A DNA stretch of 64,000 bases from contig CAZDPT010000001.1 of NCBI GenBank assembly GCA_964507665.1, positions 33,912-97,911 of the forward strand, written 5' to 3'. The notes under the pieces were generated by a model. That model was not told the origin of the DNA, ran no database searches, and worked only from the letters and a program-made list of their open reading frames with translations. The stretch's first letter is position 1, and each line of letters begins with the position of its first letter. Of this stretch, positions 37,735 to 46,560 are shown one piece after another. The DNA is from an uncultured Candidatus Saccharibacteria bacterium (lineage in GTDB: Bacteria; Patescibacteriota; Minisyncoccia; Minisyncoccales; CAYZYK01). Position numbers and translations under genes: made by a program.

Positions 37735-39032
37735 ACAAAGATTATCAAAAAGGAGTTTCTATTTTTTTGGCTGTATCTTTAATGTCAATAGTTTTTATTA
37801 TTGTTCTTGGAATAAGTTTGATATTAGCCAGCCAACTTAAAATAACAAGAGCTACTGGGAGATCTGTGACCTCTTTCTTTGTTGCAGATAGTGGGATTGA
37901 AAGAACCTATTATATTGATAGGAAATTAGGATCTACAGGAACAGTAAGGGGTCTTTGTAATATTGTTGAGGGAGGGGAGTGCTCTTCTGTTTTCTGTGAG
38001 GGTTGTGAAAATTGTGAAACTACTGATCTTCCTTCAAACTACAATAGGGGGAGTTGTGATAGAGAAAACTGTGTGGATTGTAAAATATCTTTTAATTCTG
38101 AATTTAATGATAAAAAATATGAAGTTATTGTTTTAATAAAAGGAATTGAACCTCCGCCTCAAATTGATTATGTAGACCCAGATGGTGATGGGTGGGCAAT
38201 GGAATGGAGTTGTGTTCATGAAGGTTCTTCTCCTAATCCCTGTATAAACGGACATTACGATGCAATCGATAAGTTTGTGAGAAATCCAACTACTCCAAGT
38301 TTATCAGATTACATTTATACCTCAAACAGTGGAAGCAGCGATTATTTTACCATGAGCACAGTGCCCGAGGTTGGGGAAGTAAAAGAAGTTAAAGTATGGA
38401 TTTATGGTAGAAAAGATTCGGAAGGAAGAGATGTAGGAGCTGATATTTATATGGGGGGTTGGCAAGGAGGATGGCATGGGTTTGGTATTCAAACGACACC
38501 TTCTTGGAAAAGTGTTGCTTTTTCTGGAAAATGGAATCAAGCAGACTTAGATAATTTAAAGATTGAATTAACCAGAGCAGATGGTGGGACAGGAGCTACT
38601 TTTATCTATGCTATGTATGCTGAGATTACTTATTTGCCTTCCAATGTTCCCACCGAAAATATTATTAAATCCTTTGGGACTCATAAAAACACCAAGAGGG
38701 CAATTGAAATAACTTATTTGAAAGGAATGCCAGGACCAACGCCATCTCCTGAAGGTCCTATCATCACTAATGCAGATGTAGAACCTCACTCCGTTCCTGA
38801 AGGAAAAAAACTTGTTATTTCTGCTGATATTATTGATCCCGATGGAGTAGATCCATCAACGACCTGGGCTCATATTCAGAGCCCAGATGAAACTGAGATT
38901 GATGCTGTAATTTTAGATCTAATTGGAGAGAATAAATATGAAGGAACTTGGACAGGATCTGTGGGTACTTATTATGTGGATATTACCGCTTGTGACCTAA
39001 ATGGAAATTGTAGTGAAGAGGAGAATATTTAA
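37731..39032 (+). CDS. PilX-like minor pilin with extended Cys-rich and Ig-like domains
   Basis: KG|VSIFL (no Glu5), SFFVADSGIE, 433 aa. Confidence 0.8.
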   Translation: MNKDYQKGVSIFLAVSLMSIVFIIVLGISLILASQLKITRATGRSVTSFFVADSGIERTYYIDRKLGSTGTVRGLCNIVEGGECSSVFCEGCENCETTDLPSNYNRGSCDRENCVDCKISFNSEFNDKKYEVIVLIKGIEPPPQIDYVDPDGDGWAMEWSCVHEGSSPNPCINGHYDAIDKFVRNPTTPSLSDYIYTSNSGSSDYFTMSTVPEVGEVKEVKVWIYGRKDSEGRDVGADIYMGGWQGGWHGFGIQTTPSWKSVAFSGKWNQADLDNLKIELTRADGGTGATFIYAMYAEITYLPSNVPTENIIKSFGTHKNTKRAIEITYLKGMPGPTPSPEGPIITNADVEPHSVPEGKKLVISADIIDPDGVDPSTTWAHIQSPDETEIDAVILDLIGENKYEGTWTGSVGTYYVDITACDLNGNCSEEENI

Positions 39033-39115
39033 AGAATTATTTTTATTAAACGAAAAGAAACAGATACATAGTCTTATAAAGTATAGAATAATATGATAAA
39101 ATAGAGAAAGGAAAT

Positions 39116-41005
39116 ATGAAGAAATTTTTCTTTATTATTGCTTTAATCTTCTGTTTTGGCTTATTTTCTTTGGTTTCAGCCCAGGGGCCAAGTTTTGAGA
39201 TTGTTCCTGTTGCAGAACCAACGATTGAGAACACGAATGTTTCCCAGACCGAAAGCGTTGTTACTATAACAGCAGGAGCTTTTGATATTTCTGGAATTTC
39301 TTCGGTAGTTGCGGTAATTAAAGATTTTGAAGGAAATAAAGTTAATAGATTGAGTTTATATGACAATGGAAGTTTTCCAGACCAAGAAGCCAATGATAAT
39401 ATCTATACTACCTCAGATTCTTTTTCTGGTTATTCCCCTGGCACTTATACCGTAGATATTTTTGCGGTAGATAGTTTGGGGTTTACTGAATATGTTGAGA
39501 ATATAGGAAGCTTTGAAGTTACAATAACTGATTTTCCTCAAGTTACCACCCACCCTGCAAGTTCAATTGGAACAACAACTGCAACAGGAAATGGAGAGAT
39601 CACTGATGTTGGAGGAGAAAACTGTGATGAGAAAGGCTTTGAATGGGGAACTACTCCAGGAGGTCCTTATCCTAATGAAGTAACAGAAACAGGAACCTTC
39701 ACTGAAAGTGGTTTTTTAATAGATATAACAGACTTGACTCCAGGAACAACCTATTATTACAGAGCAAAGGCTCACAACTCTGCTGGTTGGGGCTATGGGG
39801 AAGAGGAGAGTTTCAGTACTTTAAGTCAAGCTGGTTGTACCCCCGGTGAAACCAAACAATGTACTTCCTCTCAGGGTTGTACTCACACCATAACCTGTTC
39901 TTCTGGGGGTGTTTGGCCAACTTGTCCAACAGATGCTTGTGTTGCTAACACCAGCGATAGCCTAGATTGTTCCCAATCAACCTTTGAAGGCTGTATAGGT
40001 AACCTTTCTGGGATAAGAGATCTTTACGGGGATTGTGACAGTAACTGTCAATGTACAGAGGACTCTTTTAATTATATTTGTATAGAAGGGAGCTGTGGGG
40101 CAGAATGTGATGCTGGTTCTGATTGTTCTTGTCCAACAGATGGTTGTCAAGGAAGAGATTACTACGACTATCCAGAACACGGAAGCTGTACTTCAAATTG
40201 TCTCTGTAGTATAGGAACAGAGACAGGGGAACCATGTGAACCAACTATTACCTCAAATGATTCAAGATGTATTAGTGTTCCTCAAGTTACCACTCACCCT
40301 GCAAGTTCAATTGGAACAACAACTGCAACAGGAAATGGAGAGATCACTGATGTTGGAGGAGAAAACTGTGATGAGAAAGGCTTTGAATGGGGAACTACTC
40401 CAGGAGGTCCTTATCCTAATGAAGTAACAGAAACAGGAACCTTCACTGAAAGTGGTTTTTTAATAGATATAACAGACTTGACTCCAGGAACAACCTATTA
40501 TTACAGAGCAAAGGCTCACAACTCTGCTGGTTGGGGCTATGGGGAAGAGGAGAGTTTCAGTACTTTAAGTCAAGTCGGTACTTCTCCAAACTGTGATTCA
40601 TTCTCTGGAGCTTCTCTCTGTGTGAATACCGAGACCTTTATTGACTTACCTCCTCAATGTAACAGTACAGTCCCAGATTCAGTCAATGTTCTTCAAGAAT
40701 TCCAGATTGATGTTAGTGGTTCCACTGACGATAATGGAATCAGCCAGGTTCGTTTCAAATCTGATCATATTCAGAATGGAACACAGAAAGGAGAGTGGAC
40801 TAGTTGGTATTCTTGGAATAGTTCAGCTGTAGATTGGGATTCTCAAAGAAAAACAATGAACTGGAACTTCCCAGAAGCAGGAGACAAAGAAGTCTGGGTA
40901 GAATTAAAAGATAGCAGAGGTCAGACCTCTAAATGTTCAGATACCATAACTGTCTCTGGAACTGCAAACTGTGATTCATTCTCTGGAGCTTATCTCTGCT
41001 TCTGA
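39116..41005 (+). CDS. Secreted Cys-rich repeat protein (FN3-like repeats), putative adhesin
   Basis: Signal peptide; two LTPGTTYYYRAKAHNSAGWGYG repeats around a Cys-rich block. Confidence 0.8.
   Translation: MKKFFFIIALIFCFGLFSLVSAQGPSFEIVPVAEPTIENTNVSQTESVVTITAGAFDISGISSVVAVIKDFEGNKVNRLSLYDNGSFPDQEANDNIYTTSDSFSGYSPGTYTVDIFAVDSLGFTEYVENIGSFEVTITDFPQVTTHPASSIGTTTATGNGEITDVGGENCDEKGFEWGTTPGGPYPNEVTETGTFTESGFLIDITDLTPGTTYYYRAKAHNSAGWGYGEEESFSTLSQAGCTPGETKQCTSSQGCTHTITCSSGGVWPTCPTDACVANTSDSLDCSQSTFEGCIGNLSGIRDLYGDCDSNCQCTEDSFNYICIEGSCGAECDAGSDCSCPTDGCQGRDYYDYPEHGSCTSNCLCSIGTETGEPCEPTITSNDSRCISVPQVTTHPASSIGTTTATGNGEITDVGGENCDEKGFEWGTTPGGPYPNEVTETGTFTESGFLIDITDLTPGTTYYYRAKAHNSAGWGYGEEESFSTLSQVGTSPNCDSFSGASLCVNTETFIDLPPQCNSTVPDSVNVLQEFQIDVSGSTDDNGISQVRFKSDHIQNGTQKGEWTSWYSWNSSAVDWDSQRKTMNWNFPEAGDKEVWVELKDSRGQTSKCSDTITVSGTANCDSFSGAYLCF
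39534..40574 (+). repeat. 297-bp direct repeat (39534..39830 and 40278..40574)
   Basis: Identical by eye except one synonymous change (ACC/ACT). Confidence 0.92.
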
Positions 41006-41164
41006 AATTTTTGTCTACCTTTTCATCTTGAAGAATTAGGGATATAGAAAATTTATGATAAAATGATATTAAGTAAATTTCATATAAAACTTAGAAATAA
41101 ATTATTTTATTGAAATTAATATTTTATCAAAAGGTCAGATAAATTTTTAAAATTACTTATTTTC

Positions 41165-41590
41165 ATGTCAAAAATAGATAAAGTTTCATTAATTGTAATT
41201 CTGATTTTAATCGTTGGAATAGGAATTTCTTATTATTTTATCCAACAACAGAAATCCAATCTCTTTTTGGCTTTAAGAAAGTTAATTTTTGAGGAAAAGG
41301 AGGAGATGACAGAAAAAACAGCAGCGGATGAAGAAGAAGAGGAAGAAGGGGAGGAAAGGGAAGAGAAAGAAAAACATCCAGATGTTGTTCAAGGTACAAT
41401 TAACTTTTCTAAGGAAGAAAATCGAACTATAATTGAAACAGAAAAAGGAGAGGATCTCGTGTTGTGGCCCCCTTATCCCGGATCCCATTATGAGGAAAGG
41501 GGAATTGAAGAAGGACAAAAAGTTAAGATTAGGGGAAAACTTTTGAGCGACCAACGGATTTATGTAGGAGAAATAGAAGTCGTTGAGTAA
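41165..41590 (+). CDS. Hypothetical membrane-anchored protein (acidic linker, OB-fold-like C-terminus)
   Basis: TM, poly-E stretch, GQKVKIRG. Confidence 0.7.
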   Translation: MSKIDKVSLIVILILIVGIGISYYFIQQQKSNLFLALRKLIFEEKEEMTEKTAADEEEEEEGEEREEKEKHPDVVQGTINFSKEENRTIIETEKGEDLVLWPPYPGSHYEERGIEEGQKVKIRGKLLSDQRIYVGEIEVVE

Positions 41591-41661
41591 GTTGAATAAT
41601 ATTAAAACTATAATAAAAAGAACTAAAGGTCGTAAAAAAACAATATTGTTAAGTTGAATTC

Positions 41662-42384
41662 ATGAACAAAAGAAGAGTTTTAATTGGAACAATTTGTATT
41701 TTTGCTTTTTTGGTCCTTCTTTTGCCCGCTAGCACTGAGGCAGGCACAGTTGTAAAAATAGAAATTACTTATGCAAAAAGAGCAGACAGAACACGTTTTT
41801 GTCTTCCTCCAGGAACAGATGTAATTTTAAGAAAAATTTTTAGAAGTGGAACCAAATTTCAATCACAAAGCTCATTTACATATAAAACCCAAACACAAAA
41901 GTGTGAAGGTGAAATAATTGATTTAGGAATTGTTCCGCGTTGGCCACCTTCAACAATAGAGATAATGCACCCAGGGTTTATGTATATGTTTGATTTTAAT
42001 GTGGATGTTTGTTACTCCACTTATGATGGTTATTGTTGGAGGCTAGCAGGTGAGGATGTGAGTTGTATGGAGGTCTGTCAGGATTATTATGATTTGGTTG
42101 GCCCCCCTGATAATTGTACTCAATATGTTCCGGCAGCAGAAATAGAAAAAATTATGAAAAAGGTGCTCTTGAGCCCAGACAACCTATCTCCTAGATGTGG
42201 GAGTCCAAAATCTTATTGTCCTGCGGGTTGGGTTGAGCATGAGGGGGTATACTCCTGTTACACCTGTGAAGAAGAAGGTGGTCCTGTGGCTCTTTGGCCC
42301 GGCGGGGGTGACTATTGTAATTATAAAGGAAAGATGATTCAGCTTTGTGCCTGTGGAGCGGGATTTAGACTCTCAGGGTTTTGA
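41662..42384 (+). CDS. Secreted Cys-rich hypothetical protein
   Basis: Signal peptide; CWRLAGEDVSCMEVC and LCAC. Confidence 0.75.
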   Translation: MNKRRVLIGTICIFAFLVLLLPASTEAGTVVKIEITYAKRADRTRFCLPPGTDVILRKIFRSGTKFQSQSSFTYKTQTQKCEGEIIDLGIVPRWPPSTIEIMHPGFMYMFDFNVDVCYSTYDGYCWRLAGEDVSCMEVCQDYYDLVGPPDNCTQYVPAAEIEKIMKKVLLSPDNLSPRCGSPKSYCPAGWVEHEGVYSCYTCEEEGGPVALWPGGGDYCNYKGKMIQLCACGAGFRLSGF

Positions 42385-42538
42385 ATTTGAAACAGAATTT
42401 AGACTCCTTTGTTCTTTGTAGTAATTTTTAGATATTAGTTATTGTAACTGAAAAATAAATTCAACTAGAATTATAATCTGGTTTTAAGGTAGTCTTTATT
42501 ACAACTAATAATAATTAAAGAAATTTAGAAATAAGTTT

Positions 42539-42982
42539 ATGTCATCCCAGAAAAAAATTATAATAGGGGTAGTGATTATTATTATAGCTGTAGTAGCATT
42601 TAGTTTAAAAACTAAGTTTATTAAAGATAAACAGGAGGTTTCTCTTGAAAAAGAAGAAAAAGAATTGACTAGAGAAGAGATTGTTAGTGTTTTACAACAA
42701 AACGAGAAGGGAGCAGACTACCTTGAAAAGAATGATGTTTTTGAAATAGGAGAAAACAAACCCTTGACTAAAGAAGACATTTTGAAGAACCAGAAAGAGA
42801 AAAGATATAAAGAAATTTATCAAGATTTGTCTCCAGAAGATAACAAATATTCTAAAGTAACATTAATAAATGAAGCAGGGAAGGGTTTATTTTTAATCTT
42901 GGATTTGAACAATCAGAAAGTTGTTGAAATTCATGATTTAATTCTATTGAAAGCTCAAGTGAAACCAGAAGAGAGCAATTGA
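42539..42982 (+). CDS. Hypothetical membrane-anchored protein
   Basis: N-terminal TM, 147 aa. Confidence 0.7.
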   Translation: MSSQKKIIIGVVIIIIAVVAFSLKTKFIKDKQEVSLEKEEKELTREEIVSVLQQNEKGADYLEKNDVFEIGENKPLTKEDILKNQKEKRYKEIYQDLSPEDNKYSKVTLINEAGKGLFLILDLNNQKVVEIHDLILLKAQVKPEESN

Positions 42983-43006
42983 AGAGAATTTTATCTAAAA
43001 AATAAG

Positions 43007-43036
43007 TCAAAAAGTCCTTTAAACGGGATTTTTTGA
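43007..43036 (+). terminator. Probable terminator
   Basis: TCAAAAAGTCCT-TTAAAC-GGGATTTTTTGA. Confidence 0.55.
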
Positions 43037-43063
43037 TTCCAGAAAGTAAGGTATAATAATAAT

Positions 43064-45124
43064 ATGACCAAAAAAGAAGCTAAAAAAAGGATAAAAAAAC
43101 TGAGAGAAACTATTCGTCATCACCGCTATCTTTATCATGTTCAAGATAAACAAGAGATTTCAGAAGCTGCTCTTGATTCTTTAAAAAAAGAACTTTTTGA
43201 TTTAGAACAAAAATATCCTGAGCTGGTAACTCCCGATTCACCGACTCAAAGAATAAGCGGGAAGCCTTTGGAGGAATTTGAGAAAGCAGAACATCCCCAA
43301 AGAATGCTCTCTTTTAATGATGCTTTTTCAGAGCAGGATATGAAAGATTGGTTGGAAAGGATTTCAAAACTTTTAACTGAGAAAGAAAAAGAGAAAATAG
43401 GTTTTTATTGTGAGTTAAAATTAGATGGTCTGGCTGTTGAGTTGATTTATAGGAATAAGAGTTTGAAAGTGGGTTCAACTAGAGGAGATGGTAAGATTGG
43501 GGAAAATGTTATTCAAAACTTAAAAACAATCGAGGCTATTCCTTTAAAATTACGATATCAAAAGAAGATAGTAAGAGATTTTAAAAAAGAAAGACTTAAT
43601 AGTATTTCCCAGACCATCAAAGATAAAGGGTTCAAAGAAGTGATAGTTAGAGGAGAAGTTTTTTTACCTAAAAAAGAGTTTAAAAAAATTAACAAAAAGA
43701 GAACAAAGAAAGGTAAACCCCCTTATGCTAATCCTAGAAATGTTGCTGCAGGTTCAGTTCGACAACTTGATCCGAAAGTTACTGCTTCAAGAAATTTAGG
43801 TTTTCATGCCTATGATATAATAACTGACTTTGGACAGAAAACTCACCTTGAGGATCATAAGGTTTTGGAGGTTTTAGGTTTCAAAACCAATAATAAACAT
43901 AACAAATATTGTAAAAATCTAAAACAGGTTTTTAAATTTCATAAAAAATCTCAAGAGAAAAGAGAAAAACTTCCCTATGAGATTGACGGGGTAGTGGTAA
44001 ATGTTAATTCTAAGAGAATTTTTAAAAAATTAGGGGTAGTTGGCAAAGCTCCTAGGGGGGCTGTTGCTTTTAAATTTCCCTTACAGCAAGCAACAACTAA
44101 AGTAAAGGATATAAAGGTTCAGGTAGGAAGGACAGGGGCTGTAACTCCAATTGCAATTCTGAGTCCCGTTGAAGTTGGGGGAGTTACAATCACCCGAGCT
44201 ACCTTACATAATACTGATGAAATCAAAAGATTAGGAATTAAAATCGGAGATACAGTAGTTGTAGGTAGAGCCGGTGATGTTATACCCAATGTAGTCAGAG
44301 TTTTAACTGAGATGCGGACAGGAAAAGAGAAGAAATTTAGAATGCCCCCAAAATGTCCTACTTGTGGAACAAAACTAAAAAAGCCAAAAGGTGAAGTTGC
44401 TTGGAAATGTCCTAATCCAGATTGTTTTGCCAGAAAAAAAAGATATTTTTATCATTTTGTATCCAAGGGGGCTTTTGATATTGAAGGATTAGGACCTAAA
44501 ATCATTAATCAATTATTAGAGGAGGGTTTGATTGGGGACCCCGCTGATTTATTTGAAATAGAAAAAGGAGATTTATTACCCCTTGAAAGATTTGCTGAAA
44601 AATCAGCTCAGAATTTAATAGAAGCCATAAAAAAAAGTAAAGAGATAAACTTAGTACGATTTATTTATTCTTTAGGAATTCCTCAAGTTGGGGAACAAAC
44701 CGCTCAGGATTTAGCCAATTATTTTGGTTCAATTAAAAAATTAAAAGAAGCTTCTCTGCGAGAGTTAGAGGAGATTCAGGATATAGGACCTGTGGTCGCA
44801 GAGTCAATTTCTAACTGGTTTAATAAAAAAAGCAACAGGAAATTACTCTTGAAACTGAAAGAAGCAGGAGTGGAGATTAAAAAAATGGGTAAATTACAGA
44901 AACTAAAAGGTAAAACCTTTATTTTAACTGGAAGTTTATCTACTTGGTCACGGCATGAAGCAAAAAAGAAAATCAGGCAACTTGGCGGGAAAGTTCTAAG
45001 TTCTGTTTCTAAGAGAGTTGATTATTTGGTAGTTGGTGAAAACCCTGGTTCAAAACTTGAGAAGGCAAAAAAATTAGGAATAAAAAGAATAAATGAGGAT
45101 CAATTTTTAAAAATGATTAAATAA
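43064..45124 (+). CDS. ligA: NAD-dependent DNA ligase
   Basis: ELKLDGLA, TRGDG, NPRNVAAGS, Zn finger, BRCT domain. Confidence 0.97.
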   Translation: MTKKEAKKRIKKLRETIRHHRYLYHVQDKQEISEAALDSLKKELFDLEQKYPELVTPDSPTQRISGKPLEEFEKAEHPQRMLSFNDAFSEQDMKDWLERISKLLTEKEKEKIGFYCELKLDGLAVELIYRNKSLKVGSTRGDGKIGENVIQNLKTIEAIPLKLRYQKKIVRDFKKERLNSISQTIKDKGFKEVIVRGEVFLPKKEFKKINKKRTKKGKPPYANPRNVAAGSVRQLDPKVTASRNLGFHAYDIITDFGQKTHLEDHKVLEVLGFKTNNKHNKYCKNLKQVFKFHKKSQEKREKLPYEIDGVVVNVNSKRIFKKLGVVGKAPRGAVAFKFPLQQATTKVKDIKVQVGRTGAVTPIAILSPVEVGGVTITRATLHNTDEIKRLGIKIGDTVVVGRAGDVIPNVVRVLTEMRTGKEKKFRMPPKCPTCGTKLKKPKGEVAWKCPNPDCFARKKRYFYHFVSKGAFDIEGLGPKIINQLLEEGLIGDPADLFEIEKGDLLPLERFAEKSAQNLIEAIKKSKEINLVRFIYSLGIPQVGEQTAQDLANYFGSIKKLKEASLRELEEIQDIGPVVAESISNWFNKKSNRKLLLKLKEAGVEIKKMGKLQKLKGKTFILTGSLSTWSRHEAKKKIRQLGGKVLSSVSKRVDYLVVGENPGSKLEKAKKLGIKRINEDQFLKMIK

Positions 45125-45140
45125 GATTAATTAAGTTAAA

Positions 45141-46232
45141 ATGAATTTTATTATTTCTCATTTTAAAAGACTAGATTGGATTTTAATCGGAAGTGTTGTT
45201 TTTTTAACTTTATTGGGTTTAGTTTCAATTTATAGTTCTTCTTTTCGTAATAGTGATTTTTTGAATTTCAAAAAACAAATTATTTTTTTTGGTATAGGAT
45301 TTTGTTTAATGCTCGGAATGAGTTTTTTCGATTACAGGGTTCTTAAAAATAATTCTTCTTTAATTTTAATTCTTTATTCTTTATGTTTATTTCTCTTGGT
45401 GGGAGTGTTTTTTTTAGCTCCAACTATAAGAGGAATTAAAGGATGGTATAAGATAGGAGGTGTTTCTTTTGATCCTGTAGTTCCCACAGAAATTATTTTG
45501 ATAATTCTGTTTGCCAAATACTTTTCGATGAGACATGTGGAGATGTATAAATTTAGACATATCTTTTTTTCAGGGATTTATGTGATAATACCGAGTGTTT
45601 TAATCTTCTTACAACCCGATCTAGGTCCGGTTATAATTTTAATTATGATTTGGCTGGGAATTTTAATTATTTCTGGAATTAAAACTCGTCATCTTTTAAT
45701 TCTTATTCTATGTAGCATTTTAATTTTAGGTTTAAGTTGGCAGTTTTTTTTAAAAGATTATCAAAAACAGAGGATTATAAGTTTTATAGTACCCTATGAT
45801 CCTTTAGGGATTTCTTGGAGCCAGAACCAGGCAGAGGTTGCGATAGGATCTTCATCTCTTTTTGGTAAAGGTTTGAAACATGGTTCTCAAACCCAATATG
45901 GATTTTTACCCGAACCCCAAACTGATTTTATCTTCGCTGCTTTAACTGAAGAAACTGGTTTAATTGGAATTGGATTCCTTCTTTCACTATTCGGTTTATT
46001 TTTATGGAGAATAGTAAAAATAGCTCAAAGTTCTCAGTCAAACTTTTCTCGAATTTTTAGTTTGGGTGTTGCTATTTTTATCTTCTCTCAATTTTTTGTA
46101 AATATTGGTATGAATTTAGGACTTTTACCGATTATAGGGATTTCTTTGCCTTTTGTAAGTTACGGTGGTTCTAATTTAATTTTTACATATATTGCTGTGG
46201 GAATACTTCAAAGCATGAAAATTAACAGTTAG
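45141..46232 (+). CDS. rodA: SEDS peptidoglycan polymerase RodA/FtsW
   Basis: LQPDLG, YQKQRI, LPEPQTDFIF, LPFVSYGGS. Confidence 0.88.
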   Translation: MNFIISHFKRLDWILIGSVVFLTLLGLVSIYSSSFRNSDFLNFKKQIIFFGIGFCLMLGMSFFDYRVLKNNSSLILILYSLCLFLLVGVFFLAPTIRGIKGWYKIGGVSFDPVVPTEIILIILFAKYFSMRHVEMYKFRHIFFSGIYVIIPSVLIFLQPDLGPVIILIMIWLGILIISGIKTRHLLILILCSILILGLSWQFFLKDYQKQRIISFIVPYDPLGISWSQNQAEVAIGSSSLFGKGLKHGSQTQYGFLPEPQTDFIFAALTEETGLIGIGFLLSLFGLFLWRIVKIAQSSQSNFSRIFSLGVAIFIFSQFFVNIGMNLGLLPIIGISLPFVSYGGSNLIFTYIAVGILQSMKINS

Positions 46233-46263
46233 TCTATTTATTAAAATTAAGGTAACAGAAGGC

Positions 46264-46291
46264 TTGACAAAACTTTTAAAATGAATATAAT
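46264..46291 (+). promoter_or_regulatory. Consensus sigma70 promoter upstream of rpoBC
   Basis: TTGACA-16bp-TATAAT. Confidence 0.8.
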
Positions 46292-46369
46292 GGATAATTG
46301 AGTTTTAAAAATTAGAAATTAAAAGGTGTTTCTTAATTCTCTGGGATTTTTAATTTAAACTGAATCTGC

Positions 46370-46532
46370 TACCCCGCTTCCTGCAGTAGTGATTTTTAAC
46401 TTTATTTTGAAGGTTTTTGTATCTTTTTAAACTTATCTGTTCTCGGGATTTATCTGCTTTGAGAAAGTTAAAATCAAAGAAAGGTGCAGTTTTTAAGAGG
46501 CGGGGTAACCCTAATGATATTTAGGGTTTTTT
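46370..46532 (+). ncRNA. Candidate structured RNA / attenuator leader upstream of rpoB
   Basis: Nested stems TACCCCGCTTC/GAGGCGGGGTA, CTGCA/TGCAG, TGATTTTTAACTTT/AAAGTTAAAATCA, then terminator AACCCTAA-TGATAT-TTAGGGTTTTTT. Confidence 0.6.
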
Positions 46533-46560
46533 GTAGTTTTATAAAGTAAAAACATCAATT

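Noticed and set aside
39046-39393. 115-aa minus-strand ORF and other short antisense ORFs within long genes
   Set aside because: Antisense shadows of well-supported CDSs with no recognisable motifs.
46370-46507. SRP RNA or a known riboswitch
   Set aside because: No SRP domain IV motif (CAGG...GGAA...AGCA) or recognisable aptamer consensus; left as an unknown structured RNA.
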